From a virus, in the IMG/VR virus record IMGVR_UViG_3300013131_000021: DNA of 64,000 nucleotides; one strand, written 5' to 3'. Of the stretch, positions 10,425 through 20,661 are shown in pieces (within the stretch, counting starts at the first letter, position 1; each line of letters opens with the position of its first letter). Under the pieces are notes generated by a model, which was not told the DNA's origin, searched no databases, and saw nothing but the letters and a program-made list of their open reading frames with translations. A program made the position numbers and the translations under genes.

Positions 10425-11038
10425 TCTTGAGATTCCTGTTGTTTTTTCAATAATGCACGGTCTTTCATCTTAATGCTCCATTGTTCTCTGGCTTCGGGCG
10501 TCCATCGTTTAGAAGCACCGGCCTTCATACTAGCCTTGTGTTTTTCGGACTTAGTTTTATCTTTTAAACTTTTACTTAAATTTTCTTTGTACTCGTCCGA
10601 CCTAATTCTGCCAGTCGCGGCAATTTTCATTTTTTCTCTCGATTCCGCAGAATGCGTTTTATTGTACATCGGATTATTCTCGCCGCTCCATAATTGGCTT
10701 TTTATAGCAGCACCGGCTTTTTTGATTATTTCAAATTTTTTAGAACTAATTCGATATCGTTGCTGTGACGAGTTTTCACGGTACAACATACAACTAAACG
10801 CATTCCACATTTGATATTTGTGCTTAGTATTTGATACCATTTTAGTAAGCAAATGATGACATATAAAATGTTCTTTAGCGGTAAGATTAACTAAATTTTC
10901 TTTATTATTTTTGCCTCCTAAACTTTTAGGCAAAATATGATGTTTTTCAAAATATATTAAATCTGCCGTCCGTGCTTGGGCGGAGGATATTATATTAAAA
11001 TACCACTTAGAATATTTGTTATGCAAGAATACTGTCAT
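10412..11038 (-). mobile_element. Free-standing HNH homing endonuclease with NUMOD3-like C-terminal repeats
   Basis: EKHHILPKSLGGKNNKENLVNLTAKEHFICH HNH core; GENNPMYNKTHSAESREKM NUMOD3-like motif; lies between neck genes. Confidence 0.85.
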
Positions 11039-11092
11039 AGTTATATATTTACCGCAATAGATGAACGACGACTACTAACGATAAATAACAAT

Positions 11093-11851
11093 ATGAGCTC
11101 AAATGATCAAGCAAAACAAGCGGTCTACGACTACTGCAAAGCCATGCTAGGCGATGGTATGGTAGATGTAGAATTAGACCCTATCCATTATGAAACTGCT
11201 CTAAATCGCAGTCTAGCAGTTTTTCGCCAAAGATCGGATAATGCTGTAGAAGAAAGTTATGCCTTTTTAACAATGATTGAAAGTACAAACGAGTATATTT
11301 TACCAAAAGAAATTCAGCAGGTGCGACAGATTTTTAGACGCTCAGTGGGATCACGTACAGGCAACGGTACAGGTGGTACAGTTTTTGAACCGTTCAATCT
11401 AGCTTATACCAACACTTATCTATTGTCATCAACCAATATGGGCGGATTATTAACCTATGAATTGTTCGCGCAGTATCAAGAATTAGTAGGTAAGATGTTT
11501 GGATCGTTTATAAACTTTACGTGGCATCCTCAAACGCATAAACTGACTATACATCAGCGACCCAGGGGTGAGGAATCTGTAATGCTACAAGTATATAATA
11601 GCAAACCTGATTTTAGTATTATTGACGATGTGTACTCTGGGCAATGGATCAAAGATTATTCACTGGCCAACTGCAAAATGATGTTAGGTCAAGCCCGTAG
11701 CAAATTTGCACAAATAGCCGGTCCACAGGGCGGCGGCCAACTTAACGGCACGGCATTAATATCGGAAGCGCAGGCTGAAATGGAAAAACTTACTGACGAT
11801 CTAATGAAATTAGTTCCGGGAGGTTCGGGCTATACATGGATTATCGGTTGA
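11093..11851 (+). CDS. gp13: Neck/head-tail adaptor protein (T4 gp13-like)
   Basis: LGDGMVDVELDP.HY and WIKDYSLA.CK.MLG.ARSKF..I.GP.GG..LNG motifs; start 5 nt after TAAATA. Confidence 0.8.
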   Translation: MSSNDQAKQAVYDYCKAMLGDGMVDVELDPIHYETALNRSLAVFRQRSDNAVEESYAFLTMIESTNEYILPKEIQQVRQIFRRSVGSRTGNGTGGTVFEPFNLAYTNTYLLSSTNMGGLLTYELFAQYQELVGKMFGSFINFTWHPQTHKLTIHQRPRGEESVMLQVYNSKPDFSIIDDVYSGQWIKDYSLANCKMMLGQARSKFAQIAGPQGGGQLNGTALISEAQAEMEKLTDDLMKLVPGGSGYTWIIG

Positions 11852-11876
11852 CCTTGTAATCCTATAATGTTATAAT
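11848..11876 (+). promoter_or_regulatory. Sigma70-type promoter for dNMP kinase
   Basis: TTGACC-17 nt-TATAAT. Confidence 0.8.
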
Positions 11877-11897
11877 GTTCTTAAATTGGAGGACATT

Positions 11898-12587
11898 ATG
11901 ATCATAGGTATTTGCGGATTTATTGGCAGCGGCAAGGATACCGTCGCTGACTATCTAGTTAACTTTCACGAATTTAGACGCGAGTCATTTGCCAGCACTC
12001 TCAAAGATGCTGTAAGCGCGGTGTTTGGATGGGACCGGACACTGTTAGAAGGGCGTACAAAGGAAGCCCGAGAGTGGCGAGAGCAGGTAGACCTGTGGTG
12101 GGCAGAACGTTTAGATATGCCTACACTTACTCCTCGTTGGGTCCTGCAATATTGGGGCACAGAAGTCTGCCGTAAAGCCTTCCACGATGACATTTGGATC
12201 GCATCATTAGAGAATAAACTACGAAATTCTAAAGATCATGTAGTGATTTCTGATTGTCGTTTCCCTAATGAAATATTCAGCATTCGTAATGCAGGTGGAA
12301 AAATAGTGTGGGTCAAGAGAGGGGATCTTCCCAAGTGGTATGACCATGCTTTAGCTGCTAACGAATTGGGTAGCAACATAGCTTTGAATGAACTTAAGGT
12401 GCGTAAAATTCATGCATCAGAAACTGCTTGGGTAGGAACAAAGTTTGATCATATTATTGAAAATAACGGATCTATAGACGATCTTTACAAATCCGTAAGA
12501 TCAATAGTCAGCAATGAGGTCTCCTTGTCTCCAGGTAATACCCTCTTTCCCAAGAACTTGAATGCAATTATTACAGACTGTTTTTAA
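11898..12587 (+). CDS. Deoxynucleoside monophosphate kinase (T4 gp1-like)
   Basis: GICGFIGSGKDTVA P-loop, R.VLQYWGTEV.R and VISDCRFPNE motifs; GGAGG SD. Confidence 0.9.
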   Translation: MIIGICGFIGSGKDTVADYLVNFHEFRRESFASTLKDAVSAVFGWDRTLLEGRTKEAREWREQVDLWWAERLDMPTLTPRWVLQYWGTEVCRKAFHDDIWIASLENKLRNSKDHVVISDCRFPNEIFSIRNAGGKIVWVKRGDLPKWYDHALAANELGSNIALNELKVRKIHASETAWVGTKFDHIIENNGSIDDLYKSVRSIVSNEVSLSPGNTLFPKNLNAIITDCF

Positions 12588-12836
12588 ATTACTGTGGCGG
12601 CAATTATCTAAATTGCCGTCTATGTGAAACACTCTAAATATTTCTGCATGCGGTGATTTGAAACCGCATTTTTCACATTGATTTTTTAATTTGTACCCGG
12701 CACGTATCCATCTAGGAATGCCGTGGTATAGACCATGTGACATGCATATTTCACAGAGCTTTCTGTAGTAAATTTTGTCTTTCTTGTGATAATTCACAGC
12801 TCTAGGTCTTTGGCCACATTTGCATAACGGTCTCAT
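12501..12836 (-). CDS. Small Cys-rich HNH-like protein
   Basis: CxC, CxxC, CEKCG..HIDGNLDNCRHSNLKTVCNNC; TAAATA 5 nt upstream of ATG. Confidence 0.7.
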   Translation of the reverse strand: MRPLCKCGQRPRAVNYHKKDKIYYRKLCEICMSHGLYHGIPRWIRAGYKLKNQCEKCGFKSPHAEIFRVFHIDGNLDNCRHSNLKTVCNNCIQVLGKEGITWRQGDLIADY

Positions 12837-12939
12837 AAAAATATTTAACCTTTTACACCCCTTTTTCTTTAAGTATAACCGGCTGTTTTTGGAAACTACC
12901 GCTAAATAATATGAGCAACTATTACCAGGAGATTAGGGA

Positions 12940-15900
12940 ATGGCACTACAATCACCCGGCGTACAAGTTACGGTAATTGATGAGAGTTTTTATACACCAG
13001 CTGAGCCTGGCACAACACCTCTTATCGCTGTAGCTACGGCGCAAGACAAATTAAACGGTGCAGGTACAAACACAGCTACCGGCACAACCAAGGCAAACGC
13101 TGGCAAGGCATTTAAGATGACTAGCCAGAGAGACCTAACAGAATTCTTCGGCGTTCCTTTCTTTGAACAAACAGCAAGTTCAACGCCAATACACGGTTCA
13201 GAAAGAAACGAATACGGTTTATTAGCTGCCTACAGCCTATTAGGTGTAAGCAATGCAGCATTTATTGTCCGAGCTGATATCGATCTTGATCAACTTGAAG
13301 CACAAGCAGACGCCCCGGGAGCAAATCCTACAAATGGAGCATGGTGGATCGACACACAGGCCAGTGCTTATGGAATACAGGAATGGAATGGCGCAGCAGC
13401 CAGCACTACAAACGGACAAAAATTTACAACTAAATCACCAATAGTACTTACAGATGATGACGAATTTAAAGTCGACAGCGGTGCTCCTAAGGCCTCAGTT
13501 GGATCAATTGGCGATTATGCAGTAGTATTTCAAACTGTTGACGGAGCAGCAAGTGGAATATTCGACGCTAATAGAGAATTAGCTAGAATGTATTATAAAT
13601 CAGCCGGCAACGGCGGCGACGGATCTACCGGAGTAGATTCTGGAGAATGGGTATTATTAGGCAGCAAAAAGTGGAAGGCAAGCCATCCTATTATAACTTT
13701 AACCACTGCCCCAACCGGAAGCGTTAATCTTTACATCAACGCTGCTGCATCATCTACTTTAGTAACAGGTGCATCGTTTGGTGCGATGGCAACTTCTATA
13801 AATGCTATCAGCGGTTTAACAGCACAAGTAGTAGGCACACGTTTATACATTTATTCGGACGGTACAACCAACCTAGACGGCAGCTCAACGCCTGACGGTG
13901 CGATTCAACTAGAAAACGGTTCAACAACCTGGGAAAGCCTAGGCGGTACTGCTGGTTTATACTATGCTCCGGCACTACAACAAACTCCTCACACACAAGT
14001 TCCTACATGGAAAAGAAATCAAAATACAGGAGTAATCGGCGGATACCCAACTGGTTCAGTATGGATAAAAACCACAGAACCAAACTCCGGTGCGAGGATT
14101 AGAGCCAAGAGATGGAATTCAGCTACAACTTCATGGTTATCTTATGATGCTCCAATTTATGATTCTACCACATCATCTTTATATTACTTAGATAGATCAA
14201 ATGGCGGTTCGGGTATTAGTTTAGATTCGTTGTTCATCCAAAGTAATGCAGAGGAATATAGCACAGGCTCAGACCCTGCTACAGCTAGTTTCAGAGTTTG
14301 GCGTCGGGCGGTTGCAGCAGGTACAGCGACCTCTATAGTCAGCAAAACTATTACCACAGGAACTGTTGGATCAGTAGGTACAAAGTATTTTACGATTGCA
14401 GAAAGTTTAAAAAATACGACAATCTTAAGCGATGCTTTAGATGTTAACGGAGTATTCACAGGTGTTTCCACTCCTATTCAGGTATCTTTTACTGCAACAA
14501 ATAATGCAGCAGATGCTGAAAAAATTGCAGCGGCTATTAATGCTGCCGGATTCACTAATATCGAAGCCAATTTGATTGAAGTTACTAGTACTACATTTAA
14601 AGTAGAAATCAAACACAAGCTAGGCGGAGATTTTCGTGTGATTGACACCAGCGGAGTATTTGCTAATATTTTCGATGGCGCATACAATATCAATACACTA
14701 GCAGGAACAGATAATTTACATGCTACTCCTGCCGGCGATGCAACATTTGATTATCTAGTCAGCGGTTGGACTAAGTTGGCAGCAAGTGATTTCAATGCAT
14801 CAAGCAATGCGCCGTTAAATGAAGCAACTGACGGTCAACTATGGTACAACATAAATTATCAAGATGTGGATATCATGATACATAACGGCGAAACATGGGT
14901 AGGTTATAGAAACACATATTCACCTTATACCGATGCCAACACCACTAGAAATGGTTATATGCCAATCGTGGCGGCTAGCAATCCATATGATGATGATATT
15001 GAAACTGGAGATTTATGGATTAGCACTGCTGATCTTGAAAATTTCCCAACAATTTACAGATATAACAACGATCTAACAGATTTGCCTGCGGAGAATCGTT
15101 GGGTGCTAGTTGATAAAACTGATCAAACTACTGAGGAAGGTATACTGTTCCAAGATGCAAGATACAATATCAGCGGATCGACCAGCGATATCGCAGGAGC
15201 ACTTACAGATTTAGTTGTAAGTAATTACATAGATACCGATGCACCAAATCCAGCTCTTTATCCAAGAGGAATGTTGCTATGGAATCTACGCAGAAGCGGT
15301 GCAAATGTAAAACGATATGCAAACAATTATATCGACACTTCTGCAGATAATGCTAGATATGATGGAGATAATTCACCATTAGGACAGACTTTTGAAGGCG
15401 GCGAATCGCAGGCCGATTATAAAACTGATCGCTGGGTTACAGCTTCAGGTAATAACGAAGACGGATCAGGCACTTTTGGTCGTAAGGCTCAAAGAAAAGT
15501 TGTTGTACAGGCATTAAAGAGTGCAGTGGATACTAGTTCTGAAATCAGAGACGAAGAACGCAGAAACTTTAACTTAATTGCTGCTCCTGGATATCCGGAG
15601 CTTATGAGTAATTTAGTGAACCTAAACATCGATAGAGGGTTAACTGCATTCGTAGTCGGCGATACACCATTGCGTTTACCAGCAGATGCTACATCACTTA
15701 CTAACTGGGGATCAAACGCTGCTATTGTAACAGACAACGGCGATGACGGAATAGTCACCTATGACGAGTACATGGCAGTTTACTATCCAAACGGATTCAC
15801 CACTGATCTAAGCGGTGCATCTGCTGTAGTTTCAGCTAGCCATATGATGCTAAGAACAATAGCACTGAGCGATAACGTCAGTTATCCGTGGTTTGCACCA

Positions 15901-16413
15901 GCAGGCACAAGAAGAGGCGGAATTACCAACGCTACTGCTGTGGGTTATATTGATGCAAGTACCGGAGAGTTCCAAACCGTTGCATTAAATGAAGGGCAGA
16001 GAGATACTTTATATGATCTAAAAATAAATCCAATTCCGTTCTTCAATGGAGTAGGATTAATAGCATACGGTCAAAAGACTCGTGCAAGAAATGCTTCGGC
16101 ATTAGATAGAATTAATGTCGCAAGATTGGTAGTATACCTACGCAGTCAATTAAACAAACTAGCTCGTCCGTATATCTTTGAACCAAATGACAAGATAACT
16201 AGAGACGAAATCAAACAGGCAGTTGAGAGCTTGTTATTAGAACTAGTAGGTTTAAGAGCGTTGTATGACTTTGCGGTTGTTTGTGACGAATCAAATAACA
16301 CACCAAGTAGAATTGATCGTAATGAACTATATGTTGACATTGCTATTGAGCCAGTAAAAGCAGTTGAATTTATCTACATTCCATTGCGTGTCAAGAACAC
16401 AGGAGAAATTTAA
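12940..16413 (+). CDS. gp18: Contractile tail sheath protein (gp18-like), enlarged
   Basis: SPGVQVTVIDES N-terminus; YPWFAPAG..RG, INVARL..YL and CDESNNTP..IDRNEL.VDIAIEP.KAVEFI C-terminal sheath motifs. Confidence 0.95.
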   Translation: MALQSPGVQVTVIDESFYTPAEPGTTPLIAVATAQDKLNGAGTNTATGTTKANAGKAFKMTSQRDLTEFFGVPFFEQTASSTPIHGSERNEYGLLAAYSLLGVSNAAFIVRADIDLDQLEAQADAPGANPTNGAWWIDTQASAYGIQEWNGAAASTTNGQKFTTKSPIVLTDDDEFKVDSGAPKASVGSIGDYAVVFQTVDGAASGIFDANRELARMYYKSAGNGGDGSTGVDSGEWVLLGSKKWKASHPIITLTTAPTGSVNLYINAAASSTLVTGASFGAMATSINAISGLTAQVVGTRLYIYSDGTTNLDGSSTPDGAIQLENGSTTWESLGGTAGLYYAPALQQTPHTQVPTWKRNQNTGVIGGYPTGSVWIKTTEPNSGARIRAKRWNSATTSWLSYDAPIYDSTTSSLYYLDRSNGGSGISLDSLFIQSNAEEYSTGSDPATASFRVWRRAVAAGTATSIVSKTITTGTVGSVGTKYFTIAESLKNTTILSDALDVNGVFTGVSTPIQVSFTATNNAADAEKIAAAINAAGFTNIEANLIEVTSTTFKVEIKHKLGGDFRVIDTSGVFANIFDGAYNINTLAGTDNLHATPAGDATFDYLVSGWTKLAASDFNASSNAPLNEATDGQLWYNINYQDVDIMIHNGETWVGYRNTYSPYTDANTTRNGYMPIVAASNPYDDDIETGDLWISTADLENFPTIYRYNNDLTDLPAENRWVLVDKTDQTTEEGILFQDARYNISGSTSDIAGALTDLVVSNYIDTDAPNPALYPRGMLLWNLRRSGANVKRYANNYIDTSADNARYDGDNSPLGQTFEGGESQADYKTDRWVTASGNNEDGSGTFGRKAQRKVVVQALKSAVDTSSEIRDEERRNFNLIAAPGYPELMSNLVNLNIDRGLTAFVVGDTPLRLPADATSLTNWGSNAAIVTDNGDDGIVTYDEYMAVYYPNGFTTDLSGASAVVSASHMMLRTIALSDNVSYPWFAPAGTRRGGITNATAVGYIDASTGEFQTVALNEGQRDTLYDLKINPIPFFNGVGLIAYGQKTRARNASALDRINVARLVVYLRSQLNKLARPYIFEPNDKITRDEIKQAVESLLLELVGLRALYDFAVVCDESNNTPSRIDRNELYVDIAIEPVKAVEFIYIPLRVKNTGEI

Positions 16414-16415
16414 AA

Positions 16416-17084
16416 ATGGCAATTACATCACTTAACAATATTGGTATTCCTACAACTAATGACGGAGGCTCAACTCAGGTCTTGTTGATGCCCAAGTTGA
16501 AATATCGATTTAGAGTAACTCTTAGAGGGTTCGGTGTTGACAATAATGTCGAATTGATAAAACAGGTTCAAGATGTTACTAGACCAAAAGTTGCATTTGA
16601 AGAAATGACTTTAGATGTTTATAATTCTAGAGTAAAATTGGCAGGAAAATACACTTTAGAAAACATTACATTGACTTTGAGAGATGATGCTAGCGGCCAA
16701 GTGCAAAAACTAGTAGGACAACAGATCCAGAAACAATACGATTTCATGGAACAGGCATCCGCTCGTTCGGGTATCGACTACAAGTTTACTACTGTGATCG
16801 AAGTTCTAGATGGCGGAAATGGTGCTACAGGCCCGTTCACTTTAGAAACATTTGAACTATACGGCTGTTTTGTGCAGAACGTTGACTACGGTGATGCTGC
16901 CTATGGAACTAATGAACATATGACTGTTTCGTTAATTATTGCCTACGATAACTTAGTACAATTTGCAGCAGGTTCAGCAGCAGTCAGTAAAGTTGGTGGT
17001 ATTGGAGCAGCAGTCGGAAGAACTCTTGCTGCCGTTGGCAGAGGCGGTACAACCACTGGTTCTCAAAATCCAACCACTGTTTAA
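16416..17084 (+). CDS. gp19: Tail tube protein (gp19-like)
   Basis: PKLKYRFRV, RPKV.FEE.....YNS.V..AGK and FELYGCF motifs; directly after the sheath gene. Confidence 0.85.
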   Translation: MAITSLNNIGIPTTNDGGSTQVLLMPKLKYRFRVTLRGFGVDNNVELIKQVQDVTRPKVAFEEMTLDVYNSRVKLAGKYTLENITLTLRDDASGQVQKLVGQQIQKQYDFMEQASARSGIDYKFTTVIEVLDGGNGATGPFTLETFELYGCFVQNVDYGDAAYGTNEHMTVSLIIAYDNLVQFAAGSAAVSKVGGIGAAVGRTLAAVGRGGTTTGSQNPTTV

Positions 17085-17097
17085 TTTTTTTAAACTT

Positions 17098-17127
17098 AAA
17101 AAAGCCCGAAAATTTCGGGCTTTTTTT
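17098..17127. terminator. Bidirectional intrinsic terminator
   Basis: AAAAAAGCCCGAA-AAT-TTCGGGCTTTTTTT. Confidence 0.85.
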
Positions 17128-17143
17128 ATGACTAAATATTTGT

Positions 17144-18229
17144 ATGGCAAATTATTTCACAAGATTTCTAACAGGTGTGGCTGAAGGTTTGTTAAAACCA
17201 AAAGGCCAACAAGCTAACTGGGCCCATGCCTCTCGTCTGTTCATAGACAACACTATGAGGCTAGCGCCTAGAACGAAATTTAATTTTTATGTAAGATTTG
17301 ATCTTGACAAAGCCGCGATTAGGGCCCCATCATTTCAAAATAAACACCATGAAGAAATAGGTATACTATGTAAAACAGCTGACCTTCCTAAGTTTACTTT
17401 TGACTCGATCGTAAAAAATCAATACAACAGAAAAAAAATAATTTATAAACAAATTAATTACGATCCTATTAATTTAACGTTTCATGACGATAGTGCTGGG
17501 GTCATAAATGCAATGTGGGCATTGTATTACGGTTATTATATTGGAGATAGAAATTTACCCAACGGTGCTTGGGAAGCCAATCATCTTAGACCAACAAAAA
17601 CTCCAAAAGATAATTTCCGATATGGTATGGATAATGATATTACAGCTTCTTTTTTAAAGTCTGTTAGCATTTACACAATGGCTAGAAGAAGATTTATCGG
17701 CTATACATTAGTAAACCCTAAAATTAAATCTTGGAACCACGGTTCGATGAATTATTCAGCAAGCGAATTTAATGAAAATCAAATGACCTTAGAATATGAG
17801 GCTGTTCAGTATACCGCTGGAGAAGTAACCTACAATAATCCAAAAGGTTTTGCAGTTCTAAATTATGATTCTGTGCCATCTCCTTTGTCTGTAGCTGGCG
17901 GTGGTGTTGCAAGGCTTACCGGAGCAGGTGGTGTACTAGATGGATTAGAATCAGTGTTTGGAGATATAGGATCGGGTAAGGCTTTGACCACATCAGGCGG
18001 ATTTTTAAATACAGCCATCAAGGCAGTTAACACATATAAGAATATTGGTGCATTAACAGGCAGTGGATTAGCCAATGAAGCTGTTAACATATTAAGCAGT
18101 CCTGCAGGTTTGGCTGTTGCTGCGTCTACAGTCGGCGGCGTTGTAGGAGCTATATGGCCAAAAAGTGCATCTACAACACCTACAACCGATGCAACTACTA
18201 GAAATCTAGTACCTCCTCCTACTATCTAA
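17144..18229 (+). CDS. Tail tube-fold baseplate/tube initiator protein (gp19/gp48/gp54-like)
   Basis: CKTADLPKF, NQYNRKK..YDPINLTFHDD tube-fold motifs plus Gly/Ala-rich C-terminus. Confidence 0.65.
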   Translation: MANYFTRFLTGVAEGLLKPKGQQANWAHASRLFIDNTMRLAPRTKFNFYVRFDLDKAAIRAPSFQNKHHEEIGILCKTADLPKFTFDSIVKNQYNRKKIIYKQINYDPINLTFHDDSAGVINAMWALYYGYYIGDRNLPNGAWEANHLRPTKTPKDNFRYGMDNDITASFLKSVSIYTMARRRFIGYTLVNPKIKSWNHGSMNYSASEFNENQMTLEYEAVQYTAGEVTYNNPKGFAVLNYDSVPSPLSVAGGGVARLTGAGGVLDGLESVFGDIGSGKALTTSGGFLNTAIKAVNTYKNIGALTGSGLANEAVNILSSPAGLAVAASTVGGVVGAIWPKSASTTPTTDATTRNLVPPPTI

Positions 18230-18238
18230 TTAATTATC

Positions 18239-18604
18239 ATGGCAACAAATTTACCTAGTCAACCCATAGAAGATAGTGCCGCAGGCACTAAATTATTTTT
18301 CGATGCTTATGGCGAACAACCGTTAGAATTCTCAGCTAACGATGTAAATTTTACGCAAGGTTTTTTTGAACGTGCGGGATTTGATAAAGATGCAGCATCA
18401 TTAGTAACTATGACTTTGCTACGGCAAGCTAAAATCGATGGAACTTCGATAGCAGAAATTTTAGATACTTTAAAATCATTTACGGGAATACAATTGAGTC
18501 AGATAGTGGGAGAAATATTGAATAATAATAGGGTTTCTACATCTATATTAGGGTTCAGGACCACAGATGTGAAACCAAATCAAACAAGGAATATAGCAGC
18601 ATAG
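18239..18604 (+). CDS. Hypothetical virion protein
   Basis: 121-aa ORF in the structural operon. Confidence 0.55.
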   Translation: MATNLPSQPIEDSAAGTKLFFDAYGEQPLEFSANDVNFTQGFFERAGFDKDAASLVTMTLLRQAKIDGTSIAEILDTLKSFTGIQLSQIVGEILNNNRVSTSILGFRTTDVKPNQTRNIAA

Positions 18605-19041
18605 TGAAATTCGCTCAAGGTAGATTCGAAATGAAAAATCCTACAAAATATGTAGGAAAAAAAATTCCTTTAGCCAGAAGCAGTTGGGAATTTGTTTTCA
18701 TGAGAATGTTAGACGAACATCCGGGAGTTGAAAACTGGGCTAGCGAAAGCATACAAATACCCTATCGCGATCCACTGACTGGTCGACAGACTATTTACGT
18801 GCCTGATTTTTTTATAGTCTACATCGATAAAAATAAGAAAAAACATGCAGAAGTTGTAGAAGTCAAACCTAGTAATCATACATTAAAAGAAAAAATAGGT
18901 AAGAGTCTTTATAATCAACAACAATATGTAAAAAATCTAGCTAAATGGGAAGCTGCTAATGCCTGGTGTAAACAACAAGGAATAAGATTTAGAGTTATTA
19001 ACGAAGATGAAATTTTTCATAAAGGTTCAAAACGTAGATAA
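18604..19041 (+). CDS. Head completion nuclease (T4 gp4-like, TnsA-N fold)
   Basis: KNP.KYVG, RSSWE..FM, WASES..IPY, YVPDF, EVKP and KWEAA..WC motifs; GTG start. Confidence 0.8.
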   Translation: MKFAQGRFEMKNPTKYVGKKIPLARSSWEFVFMRMLDEHPGVENWASESIQIPYRDPLTGRQTIYVPDFFIVYIDKNKKKHAEVVEVKPSNHTLKEKIGKSLYNQQQYVKNLAKWEAANAWCKQQGIRFRVINEDEIFHKGSKRR

Positions 19042-19048
19042 GTAGAAT

Positions 19049-19525
19049 ATGACCAAACGATTAGAAGACTTGTTAAATTTAGACGAAAAAAAATCAAAAA
19101 AACAGGAACCTGTACCCGTACCTACTCACGAGCAGATTCACAGTTTGAACGACAGCTATAACGCTGTGCAAGAAATCGTCAAAGGATTACCACAAATTAA
19201 AGAATTGGACGATTTAGACGACAAAGAATTAGATACTTTAGCAACAAAAGCAGAACAGGCCTATGACGAGTTAATGGATCTGGGTATGAATGTAGAAGTG
19301 CGCTATAGCGGGCGTATTTTTGAAGTTGCAGCCAGCATGATGAATAATGCTATCAATGCCAAAACTGCCAAAATCGATAAAAAATTAAAAGCAGTAGATC
19401 TACAGTTAAAGAAACTTAAAATAGACAATGATTCAGGAAGTAATGCCAATGATGTAATAAATGGCAGCGGTTATGTGATAACTGATCGAAACGAGCTTCT
19501 TAAAAAATTAGGCGGAAAAGCATAA
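19049..19525 (+). CDS. Putative terminase small subunit
   Basis: Helical ORF with R.FEVAA.MM.NAINA pattern reminiscent of gp16; upstream of the large terminase. Confidence 0.45.
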   Translation: MTKRLEDLLNLDEKKSKKQEPVPVPTHEQIHSLNDSYNAVQEIVKGLPQIKELDDLDDKELDTLATKAEQAYDELMDLGMNVEVRYSGRIFEVAASMMNNAINAKTAKIDKKLKAVDLQLKKLKIDNDSGSNANDVINGSGYVITDRNELLKKLGGKA

Positions 19526-19533
19526 ATACAACT

Positions 19534-20097
19534 ATGAAAACTTTTAAAGAATATCTTGCCGAAAGCAAAAAATTATATAATTTTAAAGTTAAGGTCGCCG
19601 GCGAATTACCTGAAAAATTTCAAGAAAATTTGAAAACTCGGTTAGATCGCTGCGGAGTAAAAACTTTAGAAAAAATTTCAACTACTCCTATACAGAAATT
19701 ACCGCTAGATTTTCCAGGTAAAGAAAATTGTGAAGTTACTGTGTTTGAAGTAATTTGTGAATATCCTATTACTGCTCCTGAAATTTCTAATTATGTTAAA
19801 GAAACTGGTCTAGATGAAAATTGCTTCAGAGTTCGCGGTAGCAGCGAACCTTCAGAAATAGATCAAATAATGGCAGATAACGAACCTTCCGGAAAAGCAT
19901 TACTAGACGACACTAGTTATAAGGAAAGCGGAAAAGTAAATGTCAAGGATTATTTTGGAGATGAATTTAATAAAAGTTTCCTAAAAGATTTATCCAAGGC
20001 CTCAAAAGATCGAAAAAAAGACGGTGTGCAGACAGAATATAAGATGCCCAAGGCCAAACAAGATAAAGCAGGTGCTAAAAGCGCCATGGGGAGTTAA
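19534..20097 (+). CDS. Hypothetical late protein
   Basis: MKTFKEYLAE N-terminus; TAAATA 5 nt upstream. Confidence 0.6.
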   Translation: MKTFKEYLAESKKLYNFKVKVAGELPEKFQENLKTRLDRCGVKTLEKISTTPIQKLPLDFPGKENCEVTVFEVICEYPITAPEISNYVKETGLDENCFRVRGSSEPSEIDQIMADNEPSGKALLDDTSYKESGKVNVKDYFGDEFNKSFLKDLSKASKDRKKDGVQTEYKMPKAKQDKAGAKSAMGS

Positions 20098-20100
20098 TAA

Positions 20101-20661
20101 ATGGATTTTCATCAACTAATAGCTAAAATGCAACAGTTAGATCAACCGGCCGTAGAAGACGCACCAGCCGAAGCATGTGGAGATATGCCTCCTATGGATA
20201 TGCCTAATATGCCTTCCAAGGCAGAAGAGCCTCCTCCAAGTATGAGTGTAAACTTAAACGCTCAAGGATTAGATAATATAGAAGAATTATTGCAGTTAAT
20301 AATGAAAGTAAATCCAGATGCTGCCAAAGACGGTGCACCTTCGATGGGTATGCCAAGTTTGCCACCATTAAAAATGCTTCCTCATGATGAGCCGGACGGC
20401 GACGAGATGCCAATGCCTATGAAATTAGGTATGGACAAAGACAAAGAAGAAGCATTTGGTAATTCTATGCAAGACAGCGAACCAGAAACCATGGATGTAG
20501 ATGCTGTGATGCACGACGGAGATGATTTGCATAAGAAAAAAGATATGTTTAAAGCAGCAGCCGGAGGAGATAATCCTATGGCTGCAGAGGGAACTGATCT
20601 ACGTGCCCAGATTCGTGCAGAATTACTACGTAGATTAGAAGAAGCTAAAGGAGCAAAATAA
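20101..20661 (+). CDS. Acidic Met/Pro/Asp-rich low-complexity late protein
   Basis: 186 aa, largely disordered composition; coupled to neighbours. Confidence 0.55.
   Translation: MDFHQLIAKMQQLDQPAVEDAPAEACGDMPPMDMPNMPSKAEEPPPSMSVNLNAQGLDNIEELLQLIMKVNPDAAKDGAPSMGMPSLPPLKMLPHDEPDGDEMPMPMKLGMDKDKEEAFGNSMQDSEPETMDVDAVMHDGDDLHKKKDMFKAAAGGDNPMAAEGTDLRAQIRAELLRRLEEAKGAK

Noticed and set aside
10976-11092. Longer N-terminus for gp13 given by the ORF track
   Set aside because: It overlaps the HNH start on the other strand; the late motif and conserved sequence point to ATG 11093
117-16340. Many antisense or out-of-frame ORFs in the track (e.g. 804..1148, 9072..9380, 10473..10814, 14184..14471)
   Set aside because: Fully nested in well-supported genes, lacking initiation signals; typical shadow ORFs
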